Assembly: GCF_009914755.1 (NCBI RefSeq)
Contig: NC_060939.1
Strand: one strand, 5' to 3'
Length of the DNA: 64,000 nt
Source of the DNA: the human T2T-CHM13v2.0 reference genome, Homo sapiens
A program made the translations under genes and the position numbers. Position 1 is the first letter of the stretch. Each line of letters opens with the position of its first letter. Positions 31,552 to 43,944 of this stretch are shown one piece after another. The notes under the pieces were generated by a model, which worked only from the letters and a program-made list of their open reading frames with translations, searched no databases and was not told the DNA's origin.

Positions 31552-32110
31552 CATTTATTTACTCATTCGTTGAATACTTAATTCATGTTTACTCAATTCC
31601 AGACACTGGCCCAGGTGCTGTGGCCACAGCAGGGACTTATAGGTTTCTCTCCGCAAATAACTACGGTTATTACAAAATAAGGAAATAAATACACAAAATG
31701 AGTGTCCATTGTGATAAACACTCTAAGGCTGACTAAAATACTGATGAGGTAGAGTTACTAAGAGTGTTAGCTAAGGGTTCCTTTGTGTGATCAAGGGAGC
31801 TGCTCTATGAAGGGGTCATTTAAGGTGAATACAAGGAGCCGGGGATGGGGCAATGGGGTGATAGTTTCATGCAGAGAGGAAAGCCAACACAAATGAGAAA
31901 AGAAGGAGGTTGGCATGTTTCAAGGACAGAAGGTAAATCATTGTGGGGCTGAAATGAGGGATAGAGGAGTTGTGGATGAGTTTGGAGATGTGAGGAAGGA
32001 CCAGAACATTCTGATCCTTATAGCCTGCAGTAAGAGTTTCGGATTTTACTCTAAAGTGTAACGTAAGTAAAATGACATGATCTGATTTATACTCTAACAG
32101 GATCACTTTA
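31552..32110 (-). mobile_element. L2 3' region
   Basis: catttatttactcattcgttgaatactta ... taagagtttcggattttactctaa ... gacatgatctgatttata...aggatcact. Confidence 0.8.
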
Positions 32111-32864
32111 AAAGGGAACAGTTAATGACTAAGGCAGTATTGGTAAGTAATGGGAATGATGTGGTGAGAAGAAACTCATGGAGATGTGACCAGAAGCCCT
32201 CCTGGGTTAGGGCGGAGCTCGCACTGGGAATAGGACTGTACCTGCCCTGCCATCTCCTAGCCCTGTGGAGCCCCCAGGTGTGGTTGTCAGTGACCGACTT
32301 GTAACTTCCTAAGCTCAGCTCAATATAGACAAAACAGGTTTGTTGTCTTTTTTTTTTTTCTTTTCTCATTGAGCATACACACCTATATTCTAAACATCAA
32401 TAAGGGGGAAGTCAAAAATACCAAAAACATTTAGGACAGCTTGCAGCATGAGTCTACCTACAGGAAACAACTGTTTGATATGGAATAAAATGGCATATAG
32501 AGTTCCCAGCAGTGTGACTTAATGACTGAATTGTGTCCACTGGATGGAACATTCACCCCAAGCCTTTCATAGAAGTCATTGTGTTCTTATTCGCCCAGTG
32601 GTAAAATGACCCATTACGTCTGTGCAATGCTCCATCAACTCTGTTTTCACATCTGCCCTCCAGCAGGCTGCAGGGGTGGTGAGAGTGCCAGTTTACGGTT
32701 GTGTATTAAGCCTTGGTCTCTTGTCTCTCCTCCTATTGCAAGGGCTTCCTTAGCTCCTTCTGCAATAACCAACTCTTCTGACCCAGCTCTGGGCCCAGCT
32801 TCTCCAGCATGTTGCTACTACTTTTCTCCTTACTTTTTGCCAATTTGTGAAGAGGATAATGAAG

Positions 32865-33045
32865 ATAATAATATTAACTTATATTAATTGAGTCTTTACC
32901 TTGCTTTAGACATTGTGCTGCTTTACCTAAATTGTCTCATTTATTCTTTAGGGCATCCCTAAAGGTATTCTCCATTATCCCCATTTTAATAGTAAAACTG
33001 AGTATCAGTAAGACTGTGGCTTGTCCAAGGCCATGGAATAGGTAA
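32865..33045 (-). mobile_element. MIR
   Basis: attatccccattttaatagtaaaactgag...gcttgtccaaggcca. Confidence 0.75.
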
Positions 33046-36019
33046 GGAAGCAAAGAAGTCCGGAGAAGAGACAAGGATGTAAGCAGAAGGTGCAGCGGGA
33101 AGGCTGGGATGGCAGATGTCAAGGTGACTGCTGGGTGGGTGGGCATCAGGTGAACATATGGGTTAGTCTAGCCACAGTGACATGCAAATGAATCATAAAT
33201 GAATCAGCTGGTCCTTAGAGACCAAACCGACAAGACACACCATTGCTTTCCAACTAATCCTTTCAATTTCCTGTGTTGGTCCACACAAACTAACCAGTTT
33301 GGGACAAAACTCAGTTTGCTTGGAATAATTTCAGTCATTTAGGAACCTCCGACCTACTTTATAAGCCAAATTTGCCTCACAGCACATAACCTTCGAAGAC
33401 TGTTTTTATCTAAATTAAAACAAAAATGGTGCTCATCCAAATTTTCATTCAGTGTAATTTTGGATTCCTTTTGGGTATTTACCTTTGGCAGGGAAAGTAA
33501 AGCTGATCTGCTCGGCCAATAAACAACAGTTGTTTCAGCAGGGACTGCAGGAGGGCTTTCAGTTAAATGAAGATGAACATTTTAAAAGTAAATTCAGCAT
33601 ACATGGAGCTACTTCAAAATATGGACTGGTAAGGAAATAGTTAATGAGGCTGACATAAATCAGAATATGTGTATTGTTATTCTTGATGACAAACTACCCT
33701 GGGTGGAATCTATTAAATACACTTGAGTAACCTACATCCATCAAAAAGCTGTTTTTCCCTTAGAAGCTACTGTCTACCAGAAGCCATCTTGCAACTATAG
33801 ATCCTGTAGGTACTTGATGAAGTACTTGTAAGTACTTAATAAGATCCTGTAGGTACTTGATGAAAAATTGCAGGCACATATGTGTGAGCACTAAAAACAA
33901 TACAGAATTAGTGTGGAGAATTATTAAAAACATGTCCATTAGTTTTCTTCTTAAGAAACCCTAGCAATTGTACAGAGGAGCCAGTCTCCTCAGCTAATGA
34001 CTGTGGGGCGTATACATTAACAGATTAGCATAAATTTATCCTTGATGTAGCTATTAGTTGGGTGTTAGGGAGCCTCAGAATATTTGGAGAGTCTGATTAA
34101 TCTGAGCAAACTTGGAGAATAATAGGATCGTCAGATCACTGGGAGCAGCTTTGTCCTGCCTGGTGGGTGCCCTCCGCAGCTCAGCTGCTGTGCTTTCCTC
34201 CTCCTCACGCTGAGGGCTTTCTGCAGCAAGTGGTTTTAATGTCTGCTTTTCCAGTCTTCAGGGCATTTCATTCTTGGCTGATCGCTCTTGTATTGTCTGT
34301 AGTGCCAAGTGAACCTGGGCCACTTGAAAACTTATGAAAAAGGGAAATGGAGAGTTTTACCCATTTTAGGTCAGTATAAAAGAATGCAGTCAAGTTAAAA
34401 CACGTATTGAGTGCCTGTTATGTGTACTGCCTAGTGTTGAGTCCTGGGGGGGTGGGCAGTGTTGGGGGAGGCACGATCATAAATAGTAGAAAAAATAAAA
34501 ACGTGAATAAAACGTGTCCCTGCCATTAAGCTATACACAAGCTTATGTCCTACAATCCTTTTTCTACTTATATAGCTAGGTGCTTTTTTTAACAGAACAG
34601 ACAGATTTGACATTTTAAAGGATTTCCTTTGAGGCTCCCATTCTGGTACTCATAGGTTTTAATTTATTAATCAGTAATAGGTGATTGTTTGGGAACATGG
34701 AAATTGTGGATCCATTTTTAAAGAGGCTCAGGGAACATGTGGACTTGCATTTCCCCTGGTCACTCAGCAACTTTTCCTTCTGCCACCCATCTGCCTTCTG
34801 TGCAGTCCCCAAAGGCTAGGCTTAGGCCAACACAGCTGTTGTATGTCATGTAGCCACCAAGCTCAGTCCATGATGCTGCATCTTAAATATGGTATTGTCT
34901 CTGACCATCCTTGCCATTGCCCTAAACCACCTGCAGAGGACTACTGCATCTTATTGCCTGCAAGAAAATAATTTTAATACTAAATTCTGGAAATGACATG
35001 CTACTCACTTGCTTCCTCCATGGAAAAATTATATCTTGAGATACAAGGACAGGCAGCATAGACTGTGGGTATAGAATGTGGCTGGGGCTGCATGAAAAGA
35101 AAAGTTATTGGGAGCTAGACAAAATGGAGTTCGAGTTCTTGTCTTTGGCAAAATTGCTGTCTCTTTCTAGGCCTTCATTTCCCGTTTTTAGGTGGTTGGA
35201 GTCAGCGATTTCTAAGACACAAATTGAACATTCAGTGGCTCCATGATTCAAGTCAGCAAAGGTCAGAAAGGCAAATAGTGTAAATAGTGACAGCTAGATC
35301 TCCATTCCCCTCAAGAGTGAACATGCATCAGGAAATGCTAGAGGGAGCAGAGGCTCCTCAGTCTATGCCATCCAGACTATCTACTGTCAGAAACTAGACA
35401 TACAGAATCTCTAGTGTTGGGGCATAACACCAGGATAAGAGATGGACTTGAGGCTCATCAGAAATGGAGCAGAAGCGACAACAGGTAGCTACTGCTCTTC
35501 CCTCCACCTTGGCTGTTTGTGAAGAGGCAGGTGGCCCTGAAGGTCACTAGGCAGATGTCCAGCTGCCCTGGGGGAAGCCTGATTTTGAGTGTTGCTGCTC
35601 ACCTGATCTAAGCTCATTGCTGCCTTTAGCAGGAAGCAGGAGCTCTGGCTGCTGGGCCACAGCCTTTCTCTGCACTGACAGCTGCTGCTGCCACTCTCTG
35701 CCAGGTGATTTTCCCTCTTAGCAACAGCTGTGAGAGGGAGGAAACGAGACGGGCAGTGACCATAGGGCAATTCTCTTAAAAATAGCTCCAGGGTTTGTGC
35801 CACAGCATACTGATTTGGCCTTTGGGTGGATTTAATTTGCATGGCGAGTTCAAGAGTCCCCCAAACTCTGAAGGAGAGAAAAGCAGCAATATTTATTTGG
35901 GTCAAATGCAATATATAAGACTAACCTGTGTAGAAAATATTTTAAAATCTAGGCTTTTATTCAGAGACTAGAGGAAGTAGAAAGCAAGTGAAAGAAAAAA
36001 GTTGACAATCACAAAAACA

Positions 36020-36200
36020 GCAACAACAGTAACAACCAAGTAAATGCTGAATATGCACCAGCCCCATGTTAGCCCCTACTGCATACAGTTTATCCCCTTA
36101 ATTCTTGTAAAATCCCTGAAAGGTTAAAGAAACTGAGGCTCAGAGTGGTTAGTTAATTTGCTCCAATTTACACATTATGAGAATGTGTCCTAGGTGCTGT
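36020..36200 (-). mobile_element. MIR
   Basis: aagaaactgaggctcagagtggttagttaatttgctc. Confidence 0.75.
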
Positions 36201-36437
36201 GATTGACTTAATTCTTCCACTATTTCGTTCTTTTTAAGATCCTATAGTCGTTTGCTGCCCTTTTAGGGTTATATTATCCTAGAAAATAGTTTTTATTCTA
36301 ATAATTGTCCATACGTAAGCCCTTTTCTGTCTCTTGCAAGTTTTGCAGTGACTAATGCAAACTTTTCTTATACAATTTAGATCAGATCCTGAAAAATGAA
36401 AAAAGAAAAGCAAAAAACAAGAGAAAAGCATACTAAC

Positions 36438-36953
36438 TGTGGGAAGCAGAATAATGTTCCCAAAATATGTCCACATCTTAATCCACAGAACCTATAAATA
36501 TGTTGCCCTACATGGAATGAGGGACTTTGCAGATGTGATTAAGTAGGGATTTGGAGGATATTCTGGATGAGTGGGTGGGTCCATGTAATTTTAAGGATTT
36601 TTACCAGCAGAGAAGGGAAAGGGAAGAGAGTCACCAGTGAGAGAAGGGGATGTGATTACAGAAGCAACGCTAGAGAGATACAGTAGGAGAAGGATTCAAC
36701 TTGTCTTCGACAGATTTGAAGATGAAGGAAGAAGGCAATGAACAAAGGGATGGGGGTAGCCTCTGGAAGCAGGAAAAAGCAAGAAAATGGATCCTACAGA
36801 AAGTAATGTGGCCCTGTCAATGGAGCTTGATTTTAGCTTGGAGAGACCCATGTTATACTTCCGAACTACAGAGCTGTAAGAGACTACATTGGTGTTTTAA
36901 GCCACTGATACATGGTAATTTATTATAGCAGCCACAGAAAGGTAGGTAGTACA
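36438..36953 (+). mobile_element. MLT1D-like MaLR solo LTR
   Basis: tgtgggaagcagaataatg...gggactttgcagatgtgattaag...taca; 5-bp TSD ctaac at 36433-36437 and 36954-36958. Confidence 0.9.
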
Positions 36954-36993
36954 CTAACCAAGAATAGGCAGTGTAATTTACCAGAAGAATTCA

Positions 36994-37310
36994 TGGCGAG
37001 GACACACCACTCTGCTAACTGAGCTGGACTTGGGCCTATGCTGGTTGTTTCAGGGCAGACTGAAGATTCTGATTTAATTTGTCTTACTTCTCCAGATACA
37101 TGTGAGAAATAGCCTTTTCTTTTAGAATAAGGGAGAACAGGAGCAAAAGTATGCCTAACAAGATGTCTAAAGATACGTAGAAACAGACCTTCATCACCGC
37201 CTTGTTCCCCAAAAGTCTAAGACAACTGGTGAACTTGTGGAAATATTGAAAGCACATTTCTTGACAAAACAATCTGATATTATGCATAGGTTTCACTTTC
37301 GAGGTAGGTG
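36994..37310 (+). mobile_element. Ancient Ty3/Gypsy gag remnant (MamGyp-like)
   Basis: LVPQKSKTTGELVEILKAHFLTKQSDIMHRFHFR (37201-37302) fits the recalled Gypsy gag N-terminal pattern; PBS-like tggcgagg at 36994; ATG at 37038. Confidence 0.5.
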
Positions 37311-37359
37311 TTGGTGCCTGTATGGCAACGACTTGGATGCTACATTTCTAAAGGTTTCT

Positions 37360-37710
37360 CATGATCTCTGCATTTACTGTTCCAGTTTCTGGAATGTTCT
37401 TTCCCATGACTTTTACATGGTTTACTTCCTCACTTCTTCAAGTCTTTGCCTAAACATCACCTTCGTAGTGGGGCTCCTCCTCATCAACCTATTTAAAATC
37501 ATGCACCGTTTCTTGTTTTGCCTTCCTCTGTGGATCACCATTGGATGTAGTAAATGTCTGACATTAATTTTCTTGGCTACTTCTGTCCTCCCATTAAAAT
37601 ATATGTTTTATATGGGCAGGATTTTCATCTGTTTGGTTTGCTGAGGTATTTCCAGCAGTGTCTGGCATTTAGTGGAAATTCATTCTATATTTATTGAGTG
37701 AATAAAGAAT
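37360..37710 (+). mobile_element. L2a 3' end
   Basis: ctggaatgttctttccc...cctcacttcttcaagtctttgcctaaacatcacctt...atatttattgagtgaataaa. Confidence 0.85.
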
Positions 37711-38189
37711 TGTTAGACTTGGAGGGAGTGTTGGTGAAGTGTAAACCTTCCACGAATGATGGCACCAGTATATAAGTTTATACTCAGTGTTGATCATGGC
37801 ACTATTTCTTCAGTTCCAGGAAAGGCCAGTCAGTTCTAGGAAGGCCAAATAATGAGGCTCTGAACTGTGCTTATGCCTGAGAGCTCAGATTAGATTTTGC
37901 TGCCTCTCCTGATGACAAAATAAGTTTCCCACCCTCTCCCAGATCTGCCTCTCACCCCTTCATCACTGTCTAGTCAGAACACACGGATAACTACATAGGT
38001 TACAAGGCTGATCAAATGTGGAGGGTGTTACATTTAAATACACCATCTTAGGGATTCAGATTAGTTAGAGTGTTTTAGCATGAGTTTTATACCATTATGC
38101 ATACATTTTTTCTCCAGAAAGGGGTTGTCATGTTATCTTAGTTATACTATAAGTAGCACCTCTGGTAATTCTGTGTATAAAAGTTTCTT

Positions 38190-38460
<271 letters not shown>

Positions 38461-39029
38461 TTCTCTTAGTGTAAAGGCACCTATTCTTTCATAAAAAGGA
38501 GTCAGAAAACAGACACAAAGAAATAAAAATGACCACAAGCACTTTAATATTGGTAAAACTACTCCAGGTCTTGTCCGTATTAGGAATGTCCCAAGATGAT
38601 CCAAAATATTCCAAATTTCATTTAAACTGTTGCTACACAAGTTAATATTTCTTATATACCCATTACTTGTAAAACTCAAATTGCTAGAAAGTCTCTTGTT
38701 CTGAGGATTGATGTATATTTTTTTCCTAAATTGCATTGAGTTGAAATTATGAACAGGATTCTTATCTGAGCTACCACCTCACATAGGCTGCTGTGGTGAC
38801 TAACAGTGGACTGATTATGTGAAATGGGAGGAAATTTGCCTACAAGACCTGCCAAGTTTGCAATCACTCAAATATATTCAACAACAATATTCAGTCCTCC
38901 TGAATTATTAATGAAGCAAAGCTGAAAGACTCACCCTGACCATCTCTATTCATACTTAGATGAGAATTTATTAGGGAAACAAAAGTATATGCTGAGTGTT
39001 GTTATATTAGCACCTGTTTTTCATTTATG

Positions 39030-39200
39030 TCTTCTGTAAAGATTAGAAATAATCATCTGGGTTTCTTATTAAAAACGTAAGTTCACGGGCCTCTCTCCAG
39101 ATCAACTAAATCAAATTATCTAAGAGTAGGGCCCAGAGAATCTGCACTTTAAAACAAGGTTTCCAGGTGATTATTATGTCTTTTAAAATTTGGCCAACTG
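39030..39200. mobile_element. MER5-family MITE
   Basis: gggcccagagaatctgcactttaaaacaaggtttccaggtgatt. Confidence 0.75.
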
Positions 39201-39961
39201 ACTTAGAATATAGTGTGACTCTCTTCCACTATAATTACTCTCCTTGGGTTGGTGACTGGTGAGTAGATGGAGTGGTGTGGCATTGTCATGTTACTGAGTG
39301 TGGCCCATGGGATGACCTGGTGATCACGAAATGATTAGGAATATCTATAGAGCAATGTGGCATTGACTATTTAGCTCCATCTCCTGAGCTGAACCAAAGC
39401 TCCTTTGTGAAAAAAGTCATGATCCCTTATGGCCATTGCCCTAGAATTAGCACCATCTGGAAAAAGAGAGCAAGAAGAGCATTCCTTTCCTTGGTTACCA
39501 GACTGTGTTCACTAAAAATAAGGCTGTTTTCTATTGTAGAATGCTATAACTCAGAGCTGCTTGTTTTGTCTCATCTAAATTTTTGCATTTTTATACTACA
39601 GTCAATTAAGTAGAATTAGTTTAAGGTAGTATTTTTTTCTTCTGAAGCACATGTTAATGAAGAATGTCCCTATCTTGCCAATTGTGCTGTCATACAGTGA
39701 AAAATCATTGCATGTTCTGACCTTTTCTGACCACATGGCAGTTCTGGCTTTTGGACCACAGGCCAGGATACTTCTGTGAAGGTTGAGATGCCAGCAAGGC
39801 AGCCAAGATAAGTTCTTCACCCACGAAGTAGATCTTCTCATATTGGCCAGAGCCTCCTTTGATCCAGGCCTTCACAGATTTTACATTCTCAGTGCTAGCA
39901 CCTGCTATTGGCCTTCTTTCCTACTTTGTATCACAATAAATAATAAGAGGTTTATTGGTAA

Positions 39962-40273
<312 letters not shown>

Positions 40274-40430
40274 CAATGGTAACTCATCTTCTAGCTGGCT
40301 CTGGTATTAAGGGGCTTTGCAAGGAATTTTTTTCTTTCCTCTTTTATAATGTTTTAATTACAGAATTAATATGTATTCATTGTGAAAATAAATAGAAAAT
40401 ACAGTTAAAAGCAAGTAAACATAAGTTGAT

Positions 40431-40824
<394 letters not shown>

Positions 40825-40949
40825 TTAGTATAATTTTTAGAAGATATGCAACTCTTCAACTCAATATAGGTATGTGTATCTTCATTTTGAAAAATGATGT
40901 TTTTTGACAAAGCAGCTTATATATGTGCGTATGCCACTTTGCTAGTGGC

Positions 40950-41217
40950 AGTGTATCTTAGTATTTAAGTACACAAGCATAACATTATAGTTTTTACATA
41001 CACAACCCAAATGCCTGTGTTTGATTCCTGGTTTCACCTAAGGTAGTAATTTAAATTCTCTGTGCATCATTTCCTCATCTGTTTAATGGGGATAATAATA
41101 GCATTTATCTTATTGGGCTGTTGTGAGGATTAATGAGATAATCAATTTTCTGTTAATCACTTAGAATAATGCTTTACACATAGAGAACAGTCAATAAAAT
41201 GTTATCTGTTACTATTA
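40950..41217 (+). mobile_element. MIR
   Basis: catttcctcatctgtttaatggggataataatag...gttgtgaggattaatgagataat. Confidence 0.85.
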
Positions 41218-42199
41218 ACAAATTCCTTGTTGTTACTGCACATTCATATTGAAGAGTTTATTAACTGCAAATTTATGATATCATTTGGGCAAACCAAACC
41301 TCTTAGAATTAGTCTCATCACTGTTTTGCTAGGAGCTGAAAAACCATCAAATGACAGGGAACCTGGAAAAAGATTAAAAATGGAAACACACTTGAAGGAT
41401 GAGTGGTGATGAAATTGGTGGTAATTCTCAGATTTTTCTTTGTCTTGACAGGTCCTTCTTTTTTCAGGCCTAAGGAAAAATATGAATTTTCTCAGCCCAA
41501 TTAACAGATGATTTTTACCTAATTTCTGCAGGAAGCTCACAGATGTACTAATCTTTGAGCTTAGTACATCTCATTACCTTTGGTAATGGCCAGATTTCAG
41601 AACATAAAGTGGGGAATTCAGTGACCATCACTAGGAGCAGTGTTCATTCTAGGCTACTGTCTGATATCAGCTGAAGTTGGTTAAAGGGGGATACAATGAG
41701 GAAAAGAGAGCAATTTTAATGGTTTTCGTCTATATCTTCCCTTCATTTTCTAAATGTCTTTTAGTTTCCTTGCAAATGAAATACAATGACTGACTGTTAC
41801 TTGCAGAATAGCAATTATAGTAATTATGCTTCATTACTTAAAACCGTATTCTCAAAGATATTTACGAGAATTACATAAAAGAGATCTGTATGCCATGACA
41901 TACTTGTTTGATCAGAGTGTATTTTGTTTACCAATTTAATCAAGAATCTTATGATGCACAGAGAAATTCTGGTGATTTTTTACATGTTTGTTGCCTGCAA
42001 AAATTTCAGAATTTGGCCTGGCTATTTTTTTTTTTTTTTACAGATAGTTGAGAGGTAAGTCACTTGACACTAAGTCTGTACATTTCAGGGTATATTTTAT
42101 AAAAAAGGAAGCATCTTCTAGTATTTAAAAGAACAGTCTTCCAATATTTAAGTAGTGGCCCAACTGTAGCCTTTTTTCTCTGGTGTACATATTCTACAT

Positions 42200-42405
42200 A
42201 GGTGAAAAGACCCTCTGTTCAAATTCCAGCTCTGCCACATAGTTGCCACATGGCCATTGTATGTTGTTGGATAAATTACCCTTCTTTCCAGGCCTCAGTT
42301 TCCTTATATGCCAAATGGGAATGGGCCATCTAGAAGTTAAATGAGAATAATATATACTGCATCTGGCATAACTTCAGGTATATAGTAAACATTCAATAAA
42401 CATTA
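42200..42405 (+). mobile_element. MIR
   Basis: gttcaaattccagctctgccac...gcctcagtttccttatatgccaaatggg. Confidence 0.8.
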
Positions 42406-43055
42406 AGGCATTACCCTTCCTTATCTTTGGAGTATTAAAGTATTATACTTTACCTATAATCTCTAAAATAAGTGAAGATTTGAGTAGAACCTTCTTAAGT
42501 AAGCCAAGAAAATCCCCTTGAAATCTTCAGAACGAATCCCGTAAGACACAGATAGGTCCAAAGGCTCTTTGGCAGAAGAGTTTCTCAGAGAAACCTTTGG
42601 AAAAATGGCCCAATGCTCTTACAGAACAAGGTTGACAATGCCGTGAAGAGTTGTGTTGAGCTCTTCATGCATCTCTGTAAAAGAACTATAATGATCACTG
42701 ACAGAAAGTTGAAATAAAAATGTTGCCCATTTCACCTGTAACTTTAGAAGGAGGGTTCATGGGAGAAATTACATGAGTGCTAACTCATCTCTCTTAGGTT
42801 GGAACTATTTTGGACAGTAGCTAAAATCAAATAAGTGAAGCTACTCTAGTTACTTAAAAGTTCTACAACTAACCCATTTGAACATTTTTATTTTCTTTTC
42901 TGTCAGTTATTGATTTGGCATCATATGGAGTAAACAAAGTTAAAACACACAGCTGCCAAGTCTCTTAACATCTTCCAAGGTGAACACTTAAGTTGCGCCT
43001 CCATTACTGTAGGATTGACATTTATTTTTAGAGATGTGCTTATAATTATAAAGTG

Positions 43056-43944
43056 CAGATATTCCTTGGCTTACAATAGGAGTATATCCCAATGAACCCA
43101 CTGTACATTTAAAATAAGTTGAAAATACATTTAATACAGTAGTCCCCCCCATCAGTGGTTTTGCTTTTCACAGTTTCAGTTTCCCCATGTCAATCACCAT
43201 TTGGAAATATTAAATGGAAATTCCAGAAATAAACAATTAATGTTTAAAATTTCACACCATTCTGAGTAGCGTGATGAAATCTCATGCTGTCCTCCATCCT
43301 GTTCTGTCCCACCTGGGATGTGAATCTTCCTTTTGTCCATTGTATCCCTGCTGTGGACATTGCCTTAGTCACTTAGCCATCATCTGGAATATCTGATCAA
43401 CTGTTGGGGTATCACAGTGATTGTGTTCAAGTAACCCTCATTTTACTTAATAATGGTCCCAATGCACAAGAGTAGTGATACTGGAAATTTGGAAATGCCA
43501 AAGAGAAGCCATAAAGTGCTTCCTTTATGGGAAAAGGTGAAAGCTCTCAATTTAACATGGAAAAGACACAGTGTATTTAGGATGTTTTACTATCCATGGT
43601 TTTGTCTATCTACTAGGGGTCTTGGAACATATGAACATATTGCCCTTGTGTAAGGGGAACTACTGTACACCTGACATACTGTACATCTTAGCTTAACCTA
43701 GCCTACCTTAAGCATGCTCAGAACACTTATATTAGCCTACAGCGGGCAAACTCATCTAACACAAAGTCTATTTTATAATAAAGCGTTGAATATCTCATGT
43801 AATTTATTGACTACTGTACTGAATGGGAAAACAATGGTTGGATGAGTACTCAAAGTATGCTTTCTACAGAATGTGTACTGCTTTCACACCATGGTAAAGT
43901 AAAGAAACCCTAAGTTGAACCATTGTTAAGTTGGGGACTGTCTG
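43056..43944 (+). mobile_element. MER47A-like (Tigger) element split by MER44
   Basis: cagatattccttggcttacaat...catttaaTA | cacctgac...aagttggggactgtctg. Confidence 0.85.
43137..43665 (+). mobile_element. MER44B-like (Tigger7-derived) nested at a TA site
   Basis: TIRs cagtagtcccc / ggggaactactg; TA duplication at 43135-43136 and 43666-43667; transposase N-terminal relic PKRSHKVLPLWEKVKAL. Confidence 0.9.

Noticed and set aside
33799-33864. Repeat-spacer-repeat as CRISPR-like array
   Set aside because: Only two units, the spacer derives from the repeat, eukaryotic context and no cas genes
35489-35911. 140-aa minus-strand ORF
   Set aside because: No domain similarity or convincing splice context; expected by chance in a locally GC-richer tract
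37237-37644. 135-aa hydrophobic ORF as a membrane protein
   Set aside because: Chimeric: the first ~24 residues belong to the Gypsy-like relic and most of the rest runs through L2a
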